This document shows positions 6,062-13,482 of a stretch of 19,723 bases of DNA, piece by piece. The stretch's first letter is position 1; the number at the start of each line of letters is the position of its first letter. The notes under the pieces are model-generated. The model had not been told where the DNA came from. It worked only from the letters and a program-made list of their open reading frames with translations, and ran no database searches. The DNA comes from Prochloraceae cyanobacterium PL24a_bin.78 (GTDB lineage: Bacteria; Cyanobacteriota; Cyanobacteriia; Cyanobacteriales; JANQIW01). A program made the translations under genes and the position numbers. The DNA is taken from positions 1 to 19,723 of the forward strand of contig JANQIW010000050.1 in assembly GCA_028281945.1 (NCBI GenBank), given 5' to 3'.

Positions 6062-7282
6062 GTGTCGATTGAATATTATCAAAAGTATTTGCAAATGGAT
6101 AAACAGATAGAGAATCCCCAGGAAAAAAATTCCCAGCAAAAAGCAATCTTATTAACTAAATTGGGAAATAGTTACCTCTTGAAAGGAGAATATCAAAAGG
6201 CAATGGAATATCATCTCAACTCATTAGACATCAAAAGGGAATTAGGAAATTTAAAAGGAGAAGCTATTTCATTAGCAAATTTAGGTATTGTCTATAAATA
6301 TTTGGGAGATTATCAAACAGCCATCAAATATTACCTAGAAGTATTAACCATAAGTAGAAAAATACCCTTTCACCAAGGAGAAATAATTTCATTAGGGAAT
6401 TTGGGAAATGCTTACTTATCCCTCAAAAATTACCAAAAGGCAATCGAATATTACCAACAGCTTTTAATCATTACTATAAAAAGAGGAAATCTACAAGCAG
6501 AAGCAATCGCATTATGTAATTTAGGTGTTGCTTTCCACTGCTTAGGGGAATATCAAAAAGCAATTCAATATTATCAAGAGGATTTAAATATTTGTCGAAA
6601 AATAGAAAATTCTCGAGGAGTTGCAATGGCATCAAGAAATTTAGGAGTTACTTACCACTCCTTGGGAGAATACCAAAAGGCAATTCAATATTACCAAGAG
6701 GATTTAGATATTTGTAGACAAATGGAAAATCACCAAAGAGAAGCAACGGCATTAGGAAATTTAGGTGTAGTTTACAATTCTGTTGGAGATTATCACAAAG
6801 CAATAGAATATCATCTCCAATCTCTAGAAATCAAAAAGAAGATTGGTTGTCGCCAAGGTGAAGCTTCATCATTAGGAGGTTTGGGAAATGCTTATTATTC
6901 CTTGGGAAAATTTCAAAAAGCAATAGAATATCACCTCCAATCTCTAGAAATCAAAAAGGAGATTAGTTGCCGTCTTGGAGTAGCTGCTTCATTAGGAGGC
7001 TTGGGAAATGTCTATTATTCCTTGGGAAAATTTCACAAAGCAATCCAGTTTTACCAACAGGTTTTTGAAATAAGCATAGAAATCCAATATCCTTTAGGGA
7101 TTGCAACTTCTTGTTTCAATTTAGGAAATTCTTTTGAAAAACTCAATTGCCAATCTCAAGCCAAAAAGTTTTTTTTACAGGCAAGGAAATTTTATCGCAA
7201 GATAAATTTGGATAAGAAGGTAGAGAATTGTGATAGTAAAATTGGCAAATTTAGAGAAGGAAAACATTTAAACACAAAATAA
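6062..7282 (+). CDS. TPR-repeat protein (9 units), paralogous to the sensor half of the NB-ARC-TPR gene and likely N-terminally truncated
   Basis: 406-aa ORF with a GTG start and no SD. It begins inside a TPR unit (SIEYYQKYL matches the AIEYYQ consensus), and TPR-like coding remnants continue upstream across stops (FLLEIYKKTKYLPHP*INFLGNVALAN). The units resemble LGNLGVVYNSVGDYHKAIEYHLQSLEIKKKIGCRQGEASS. The C-terminal cap is homologous to the end of ORF 2292-4874. Confidence 0.8.
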   Translation: MSIEYYQKYLQMDKQIENPQEKNSQQKAILLTKLGNSYLLKGEYQKAMEYHLNSLDIKRELGNLKGEAISLANLGIVYKYLGDYQTAIKYYLEVLTISRKIPFHQGEIISLGNLGNAYLSLKNYQKAIEYYQQLLIITIKRGNLQAEAIALCNLGVAFHCLGEYQKAIQYYQEDLNICRKIENSRGVAMASRNLGVTYHSLGEYQKAIQYYQEDLDICRQMENHQREATALGNLGVVYNSVGDYHKAIEYHLQSLEIKKKIGCRQGEASSLGGLGNAYYSLGKFQKAIEYHLQSLEIKKEISCRLGVAASLGGLGNVYYSLGKFHKAIQFYQQVFEISIEIQYPLGIATSCFNLGNSFEKLNCQSQAKKFFLQARKFYRKINLDKKVENCDSKIGKFREGKHLNTK

Positions 7283-7372
7283 AATTTAAACATAAATTCT
7301 TAAATCTAGTTAATCCTGTTAAAATCAAACCAAAAATATACCATCAATTAACTATTAAAAAATTTTCAAATC

Positions 7373-8977
7373 ATGAAACATATCACCTCAATACTAGGTA
7401 TTGCCATAACAGGAATCCCAATAATTGTATATGCAATGCCAGATGTTAGCAAAATTGCCCAAGAAATTACAGTCAGAATTGACGGAGTTAGTAGTGGCAG
7501 CGGTGTAATAATTCAAAAAAAAGGAGAAACTTACTATATACTCACCAATACCCACGTAATAGATAAAGTTGGAGAATACCAAGTAACTACTTCCGATGGT
7601 AAAACTCACCAAATAGATGAACAAAAGATTATAAAATTACCAAATTTAGATATTGCTATACTAACTTTCACTAGTGATTTACCCTATCCCACAGTAAAAA
7701 TAGCAAATCCAGATGCCATAAACCGAGGAGAAAAAATTCATGTAAGCGGTTGGGCACGCTCGGGAGGTAGTTTAAGACAAAGAATTTATATTAAAACAGA
7801 AGGAATCCTCACAGATACCGATTCCCAACTCCCACTAGGTAACTCATTAAGCTATACAAATTTAGTAAGAGCAGGTATGAGTGGTGGTCCAATTCTCAAT
7901 AATAAAGGACAACTAATCGGAATTAATGCTTTAGTAAGGCTAGAGCAAAATTCAGATAATATAGTATCTTCTGGAATTAGTATCAATAAAATTATGACAT
8001 GGCTAGAAGAATACGCCATAATAGAAATAAATTCAAATAGCCAAAATGCAAATAACCCACAAACAAGGCCTACTATTAACACATCAAATAACAATTATAC
8101 CTTAACCAATACCCTACAAGCCCAAGGAAGAAGCGTCAATACTCTTGCCTTAAAAGATTCCATCTTAGCAAGTGGCCAAAGTAATGGTAGTATTTCCCTC
8201 TGGAATATCACCAGTCAATCTCCCATAAAAACCTGGAAAGCCCATTCACAAGGCATTAACGCCTTAGCCATTAGCCCAAATGGAGAATATCTTGTTAGTG
8301 GCAGTGATGATAATCTCATTAAAATTTGGGATTTATCCACAGGAAAATTATTCAAAACCTTAAAAGGCCACCAAGATTCAGTCACAAGTCTTGCTTTTAC
8401 TCCAGACGGAGAAACCATTGCCAGCGGGAGTTGGGATAAAACCATTAAGCTTTGGAATATCCAAACAGGGGAGATAATACATTCATTAGAAAAACATTCA
8501 GGGTTAATTAATACCATTTTTATTAGTAATGATGGTAAATTTTTAGCTAGTGGTTCAGCCGATACAAATATTTATTTATGGGATATTCAATCAGGAGAAG
8601 TGATTAATACCTTAAAAGGACATAGTTTATCCGTCTTATCTATGGTAATGACCACTGATAATCAGACATTAGTTAGTAGCGATGGCAACGGTCTCATTCA
8701 TATTTGGAATCTTCAGACAGGTAAAGTTACTAACATTTTAGAAGGCCATTTAGATGGAGTATGGTCTTTAATTGTAACCTCCGATGGTAAAACCTTAATT
8801 AGTAGTAGTTGGGATAAAACTATTAAGTTTTGGGATATTTCTAATGCTAAATTAAGGTATACTTTAAAAGAACATTCAGATTATGTTGTGACTCTTGCTT
8901 TGAGTCAAGATGATACAACCTTGGTTAGTGGGGATTGGAATTCTCAAATTAAGATTTGGCAAATCTTGTCAAATTAA
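7373..8977 (+). CDS. Trypsin-fold (S1/Trypsin_2-like) serine protease fused to a 7-bladed WD40 propeller, with an N-terminal hydrophobic signal or anchor
   Basis: The catalytic triad is intact: His61 (ILTNTHVI, cac 7553-7555), Asp93 (NLDIAILTF, gat 7649-7651) and Ser170 (GMSGGPIL, agt 7880-7882). The N-terminus reads MKHITSILGIAITGIPIIVYA. An N/Q/T-rich linker is followed by 7 WD40 units from about aa 245 (for example GHQDSVTSLAFTPDGETIASGSWDKTIKLWNIQTGE). Confidence 0.9.
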   Translation: MKHITSILGIAITGIPIIVYAMPDVSKIAQEITVRIDGVSSGSGVIIQKKGETYYILTNTHVIDKVGEYQVTTSDGKTHQIDEQKIIKLPNLDIAILTFTSDLPYPTVKIANPDAINRGEKIHVSGWARSGGSLRQRIYIKTEGILTDTDSQLPLGNSLSYTNLVRAGMSGGPILNNKGQLIGINALVRLEQNSDNIVSSGISINKIMTWLEEYAIIEINSNSQNANNPQTRPTINTSNNNYTLTNTLQAQGRSVNTLALKDSILASGQSNGSISLWNITSQSPIKTWKAHSQGINALAISPNGEYLVSGSDDNLIKIWDLSTGKLFKTLKGHQDSVTSLAFTPDGETIASGSWDKTIKLWNIQTGEIIHSLEKHSGLINTIFISNDGKFLASGSADTNIYLWDIQSGEVINTLKGHSLSVLSMVMTTDNQTLVSSDGNGLIHIWNLQTGKVTNILEGHLDGVWSLIVTSDGKTLISSSWDKTIKFWDISNAKLRYTLKEHSDYVVTLALSQDDTTLVSGDWNSQIKIWQILSN

Positions 8978-8990
8978 ATCTTGTCAAATT
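8961..8990. repeat. Perfect 15-bp tandem duplication (aaatcttgtcaaatt x2) spanning the stop codon of the protease-WD40 gene
   Basis: 8961-8975 equals 8976-8990. The TAA stop (8975-8977) is formed across the junction of the two copies. Confidence 0.95.
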
Positions 8991-9042
8991 CAGTATTCTC
9001 AAGTATTATCAAGATAATATATAAAACTAAAACTAGGAATGG

Positions 9043-10017
9043 ATGATTGAAGTCGAGCATCTTAGTAAAATATATGGTAGTACAATAGCAATTCATGATG
9101 TAGCCTTTAATGTTTCTGAAGGGGAAATATTAGGGTTTTTAGGCCCAAATGGAGCCGGCAAAACTACTACCATGCGAATTTTAGCAGGTTATATCCCTGC
9201 TACTACCGGGACGGCCAAAATAGCAGGTTTTGATGTCCACGATCGATCGATGGAAGTGCGATCGAGAATTGGGTATTTACCAGAAACCCCGCCATTGTAT
9301 TTAGATATGACAGTGGAAGCATATTTAAACTTTGTCGCCAAAATCAAAGGAGTAAATGCAGGGGATCGTCAGAATCGAGTAAAAACAGCAATAAAAAATA
9401 CTCAGCTAGAAGAAAAACAAAAAGTAATTATCCGGAAATTATCTAAAGGCTATCGACAAAGGGTAGGTATAGCCCAAGCTATAGTTCACGATCCTCCTGT
9501 AATTATCCTCGATGAACCGACAGTAGGGCTTGATCCCAAACAAATTATAGAAGTTCGCAACTTAATCAAAAATCTGGCAGGGAAACATACTATAATTCTC
9601 TCAACTCATATTCTTCCAGAAGTAAGTATGACTTGTAATCGAGTTGCCATTATTAATAAAGGAAAAATAGTAGCAACAGATGCCCCAGAAAATTTGATGC
9701 AACAACTTTCAGGGAGTTCAGGTTATCTAATAGAGGTAGAGGGAGATTGTTCTGTTATCAAACCCGAACTTGAGGGAATTTTAGGTGTTTCTAAGGTAGA
9801 AATACAACCATTAGAATTGAATAAACGTTCTTTAGTCCAAATAAATTTATCAGCAAATAAAGAACTTGGGAAAGAAATTGCTGCTATGATTGTAAATGCA
9901 GGACTAGGATTATATGAAATGCGACGTAATCGTCCAACTTTAGAAGACGTATTTTTAGAATTAACTACTACTGAAAAAGTTTTTAATGAACCCGAACAAG
10001 GAAAATCAGAACAATAA
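9043..10017 (+). CDS. ABC transporter ATP-binding protein (ABC-2 / GldA-like subfamily)
   Basis: Walker A GPNGAGKTT, signature LSKGYRQR, Walker B VIILDEPTVGLD and H-loop STHIL. The downstream operon contains an ABC-2 permease, a GldG-like protein and a DUF4340 protein. Confidence 0.92.
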   Translation: MIEVEHLSKIYGSTIAIHDVAFNVSEGEILGFLGPNGAGKTTTMRILAGYIPATTGTAKIAGFDVHDRSMEVRSRIGYLPETPPLYLDMTVEAYLNFVAKIKGVNAGDRQNRVKTAIKNTQLEEKQKVIIRKLSKGYRQRVGIAQAIVHDPPVIILDEPTVGLDPKQIIEVRNLIKNLAGKHTIILSTHILPEVSMTCNRVAIINKGKIVATDAPENLMQQLSGSSGYLIEVEGDCSVIKPELEGILGVSKVEIQPLELNKRSLVQINLSANKELGKEIAAMIVNAGLGLYEMRRNRPTLEDVFLELTTTEKVFNEPEQGKSEQ

Positions 10018-11806
10018 AAGTAAAAATAAAAAGATTAATCTCTGTCTTAATCCAGACTGTCTACACCAAAATCTAGTGAAAGCTCAAATTTGTGAACATT
10101 GTAATTGTAAATTATTATTAAAAGAGCGTTATCGTCCCATTAAATTAATAGGACAAGGTGGTTTTGGAAAGACTTTTTTGGCAGTAGATGAAGGGAAACC
10201 CTCTAAACCATACTGTGTAATTAAACAGTTTTTTCCAAAAGGACAAAAGCCTAGTGCCCTTAAAAAAGCCGCTGAATTATTTGAAAAAGAAGCAATGCGT
10301 TTGGAGCAATTAGGTAAACATCCTCAAATTCCTGAATTAATAGCATATTTTAATGAAAATAATAAACAATATTTAGTTCAAGAATATATAGATGGAGATA
10401 ACTTAGCTGAAGAATTAAAAAATAAAGGGAGGTTTAATGAAAATAAAATCAAAGTATTTTTACTGGATTTACTAAATATATTAAAATTTATTCATAAAAA
10501 CAAAATTATTCATCGAGATATCAAACCAGAAAATATAATTCGTCGAAAGCAAGATGGGAAGGTGGTTTTAGTAGATTTTGGAGCTGCTAAAGTGGCGACT
10601 GAAAAAGAATTCGGACAAGAAGGAGATCTTGCCATAGGTTCGGCAGAATATATACCTCCAGAACAAAAGGCAGGAAATGCCATATATGCCAGTGATCTCT
10701 ATAGTTTAGGAGTGACTTGTATAAATTTATTAACTAAGAAAAGCCCTTTCGATTTATATGATGATCATGAAAATAAATGGATTTGGAAAAGATATTTAGA
10801 AGAAGAACAAATAAGTTTTCGGTTAGGAAAAATTATAGATAAATTAGTATCTACAATTCCCAAGAAACGCTATAAATCTAGTCAAGAAGTTTTAGAAGAA
10901 TTAGATCCAAGTAGAGAACCTTCTCCAGAAGATCAGATTCAATTCCAGAAAATAACTTTTGAAATAGCTATACTCGAACAACAAAAAGCAGGATTATTTG
11001 GGTTAGGAACAAAATTAATATGTAATTACTCTACCGGAAAAGCCAAATCTTATCTAGAACATTTAAAAAATGGTCACATCATTGAAATGATAAAAATACC
11101 AGGAGGTAATTTCCAAATGGGATCTCCTGACACAGAAGACCAACAATGTCAACGAGAAAGTCCTCAGCATTGGGTTACAATCGCTCCCTTTTGTATGAGC
11201 AAGTATCCAATAACTCAAGAACAATGGCTAGAAGTTGCTAAACTACCTAAAATTAAGCTAAATTTAAATCCTAAACCATCTTATTTTGAAGGTGAAAATC
11301 TTCCGGTAGAGCAAATATCTTGGTTTGAAGCCATGGAATTCTGCTATCGTTTATCTAAAAAATCAGGGATGACTTATACTCTTCCCACAGAGGCTCAATG
11401 GGAATATGCTTGTCGCGCAGGTACTAACACTGAATTTCACTTTGGTTCTAATATCACCACTGATTTAGCCAATTATAATGGCACCAGTTATAAAGGTGCT
11501 CCCAAAGGCAAGGATCGTCAACAAACAACTCCAGTAGATAGCTTTTATGCTAATCCTTTTGGTTTATACGATTTGCATGGCAATGTTTGGGAATGGTGTG
11601 CTGACTATTGGCATGATAATTATAAAGATGCACCCACCGATGGTAGTGCTTGGTTATCTGGGGCTAATCCTAAAACTCCTCGTGTAGTACGTGGAGGATC
11701 TTGGTATTTTTTCCCTAGAGATTGTCGTAGTAGCAATCGAGAATTTATGAGTTCTGAAGTTCAGGATTTTAATTTTGGCTTTAGAATTGTCAGATTAATG
11801 GAGTGA
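9986..11806 (+). CDS. Zn-ribbon + Ser/Thr protein kinase + FGE-sulfatase-like (SUMF1/EgtB/PvdO family) domain fusion
   Basis: Zn-ribbon CLNPDC..(12)..CEHCNC. Kinase motifs are GQGGFGKTF, CVIKQF, HRDIKPEN (cat cga gat at 10511-10519), DFGAAK and SAEYIPPEQ. The C-terminal domain has IPGGNFQMGSP, EAQWEYACRAG, HGNVWEWC, RGGSW and GFRIV. The ATG at 9986 overlaps the ABC ATPase gene by 32 nt in another frame. Confidence 0.9.
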   Translation: MNPNKENQNNKSKNKKINLCLNPDCLHQNLVKAQICEHCNCKLLLKERYRPIKLIGQGGFGKTFLAVDEGKPSKPYCVIKQFFPKGQKPSALKKAAELFEKEAMRLEQLGKHPQIPELIAYFNENNKQYLVQEYIDGDNLAEELKNKGRFNENKIKVFLLDLLNILKFIHKNKIIHRDIKPENIIRRKQDGKVVLVDFGAAKVATEKEFGQEGDLAIGSAEYIPPEQKAGNAIYASDLYSLGVTCINLLTKKSPFDLYDDHENKWIWKRYLEEEQISFRLGKIIDKLVSTIPKKRYKSSQEVLEELDPSREPSPEDQIQFQKITFEIAILEQQKAGLFGLGTKLICNYSTGKAKSYLEHLKNGHIIEMIKIPGGNFQMGSPDTEDQQCQRESPQHWVTIAPFCMSKYPITQEQWLEVAKLPKIKLNLNPKPSYFEGENLPVEQISWFEAMEFCYRLSKKSGMTYTLPTEAQWEYACRAGTNTEFHFGSNITTDLANYNGTSYKGAPKGKDRQQTTPVDSFYANPFGLYDLHGNVWEWCADYWHDNYKDAPTDGSAWLSGANPKTPRVVRGGSWYFFPRDCRSSNREFMSSEVQDFNFGFRIVRLME

Positions 11807-11872
11807 AGCAAATTAATTTTATGTTAAATTGAATCTGTAACTACCAATTAAGTTAATTTAGGTCTTTGATTT

Positions 11873-12520
11873 ATGTTTTCAGCTATTCTGTTCGATTTAG
11901 ATGGCACCATGGTTAATACGGACCCGATTCACTTTTTAATTTGGCAAGAGATTTTAGCTGATTTCGGCATCAACGTCGATCGTCCATTTTATGATAAGTA
12001 TATCTCTGGGGGACATAATCCAGAAATAGTTAAAGAAATTTTGCCTCAATTATCAGATGAAGAAGGATTGAAATTTGCTGATGATAAAGAAGCTCGTTTT
12101 CGTCAATTGGGAACGGAATTAAAACCCCTACCAGGTTTATTAGATTTATTAGAATGGATTGACTCCTTAAACATCAAAAAAGCCGTAGTAACTAATGCTC
12201 CCAGTCTCAATGCTGAATTTATGTTGGATGCTCTAAATTTAACAGATCGCTTTGAAATCGTAATTTTAGGAGAAAAATCTCCTAAGCCTAAACCAGATCC
12301 TGCCCCTTATCAAGAAGCATTAGAGGCTTTAAATGTCTCAAATGAAAGAGTAATCGCCTTTGAAGATTCACCTTCAGGAATTCGATCGGCAGTAGGAGCA
12401 GGAATTTATACCATTGGCGTAGCAACTACTCATTTCCCAGAAAATATAATAGCACAAGGTGCATCTATGGTTATCCCAGATTTTACATCTCCTAAGTTGT
12501 GGGAATTATTAAATAGATAA
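11873..12520 (+). CDS. HAD-superfamily hydrolase (subfamily IA, beta-phosphoglucomutase/phosphatase-like)
   Basis: Motif I is FDLDGTMVNTD, motif II is AVVTNA, and motifs III/IV are KPKPDP...AFEDSPSGIRSAVGAG. Confidence 0.88.
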   Translation: MFSAILFDLDGTMVNTDPIHFLIWQEILADFGINVDRPFYDKYISGGHNPEIVKEILPQLSDEEGLKFADDKEARFRQLGTELKPLPGLLDLLEWIDSLNIKKAVVTNAPSLNAEFMLDALNLTDRFEIVILGEKSPKPKPDPAPYQEALEALNVSNERVIAFEDSPSGIRSAVGAGIYTIGVATTHFPENIIAQGASMVIPDFTSPKLWELLNR

Positions 12521-12553
12521 TTAATAGAAAGATTTACAGAATTTGATTGATTT

Positions 12554-13345
12554 ATGATAAAAAATATTATGGCTATATGCCAGAAAGAATTACTTGGCTA
12601 TTTTAGTTCCACCTTAGCTTATAGCATAATAGGGATTTTTTGGCTCATATCAGGCTTCTTTTTTTATGCAATTCTCATAGGCCCAGGGGGAATAATTCAG
12701 AGTGTAGCTTCCGCAGAACAATTAGGAATACCTATTCCTCCCATTGATGTTGCCTATGATTTTATTCAAACTTTTTATAGTATTATGGGAGTACTAAGTT
12801 TATTTATTTTACCTATACTTTCTATGGGACTTTATGCAGAAGAACGCAAACGAGGAACACTTGAACTTTTAGCAACTTCACCAATCACTAATTGGGTAGT
12901 AGCTTTAGGGAAACTTTTAGGAGTGGTAGGATTTTTTATTGTTGGAATTGCTCCTATTCTGATATATGAAGCAATTGCTTTTAGTGCCGCTAACCCACCA
13001 ATTCCACCTGGAGTGCCTTTATTGGCTATTTTTGGTTTAATTTTACTAGCCACCTCAATTCTTTCCATTGGGATGTTTATTTCTTCTTTGACTGATAGCT
13101 CGATTTTAGCAGCTATTCTTACTTTTACCCTCGTATTATTTCTTTGGATAATTGATATTATTGCTAACAATCTTGAAGGGTTTTTAGGGGATTTCTTTAA
13201 GCATATTTCTTTGTTAAATCATTACGAAAATCTGATTCAAGGTTCTTTAAATATTAGCAGTATTATTCTATTTTTAAGTTACATTTTTTTAGGGATCTTT
13301 TTGACAGCCCAATATATAGAAACTTTACGTTTTTCTCGTCAATAA
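12554..13345 (+). CDS. ABC-2 family transporter permease
   Basis: 263 aa with about 6 hydrophobic helices. It carries the EERKRGTLELLATSP motif typical of ABC-2 / GldF-like permeases, and it lies in an operon context with the ATPase and a GldG-like gene. Confidence 0.85.
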   Translation: MIKNIMAICQKELLGYFSSTLAYSIIGIFWLISGFFFYAILIGPGGIIQSVASAEQLGIPIPPIDVAYDFIQTFYSIMGVLSLFILPILSMGLYAEERKRGTLELLATSPITNWVVALGKLLGVVGFFIVGIAPILIYEAIAFSAANPPIPPGVPLLAIFGLILLATSILSIGMFISSLTDSSILAAILTFTLVLFLWIIDIIANNLEGFLGDFFKHISLLNHYENLIQGSLNISSIILFLSYIFLGIFLTAQYIETLRFSRQ

Positions 13346-13482
13346 TTAAGTCCAATTTTAATAACTTAGAAAAAATTAAAATACTCTTCTATGGAACTTT
13401 TAACTTGTATATAGAATCAAAATTACAAGACAGTTAAAAAAAATTAAAACAACCATTGAAGATCACAATTAATAGAAATACA

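Noticed and set aside
3536-7282. A diversity-generating retroelement (template/variable repeat pair) explaining the variable TPR codons.
   Set aside because: The window has no reverse transcriptase gene and I see no adenine-specific mutation pattern between repeat copies. Recombination between units is the more economical explanation.
7394-8517. Antisense ORFs 7394-7624, 7852-8094 and 8215-8517 (minus strand).
   Set aside because: They are embedded opposite the protease-WD40 gene, whose triad and WD40 motifs strongly support the plus-strand frame.
9986-10017. The ABC ATPase and the kinase as one gene split by a frameshift.
   Set aside because: The ATPase ORF is full length with its own C-terminal domain and stop. 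The kinase ORF begins with its own ATG and a complete Zn-ribbon. Overlapping but separate genes is the simpler reading.
12832-13170. Antisense ORF opposite the ABC-2 permease. The same applies to 14730-14927 opposite the GldG-like gene and 19047-19367 opposite the GTPase.
   Set aside because: Each is nested in a well-supported gene on the other strand and has no recognisable domain.
13456-13482. TTG start at 13456 for the GldG-like gene, as given in the ORF track.
   Set aside because: The ATG at 13483 lies just before the first TM segment and is a more conventional start. The 9 extra codons (KITINRNT) add nothing recognisable. It is not excluded, only less likely.
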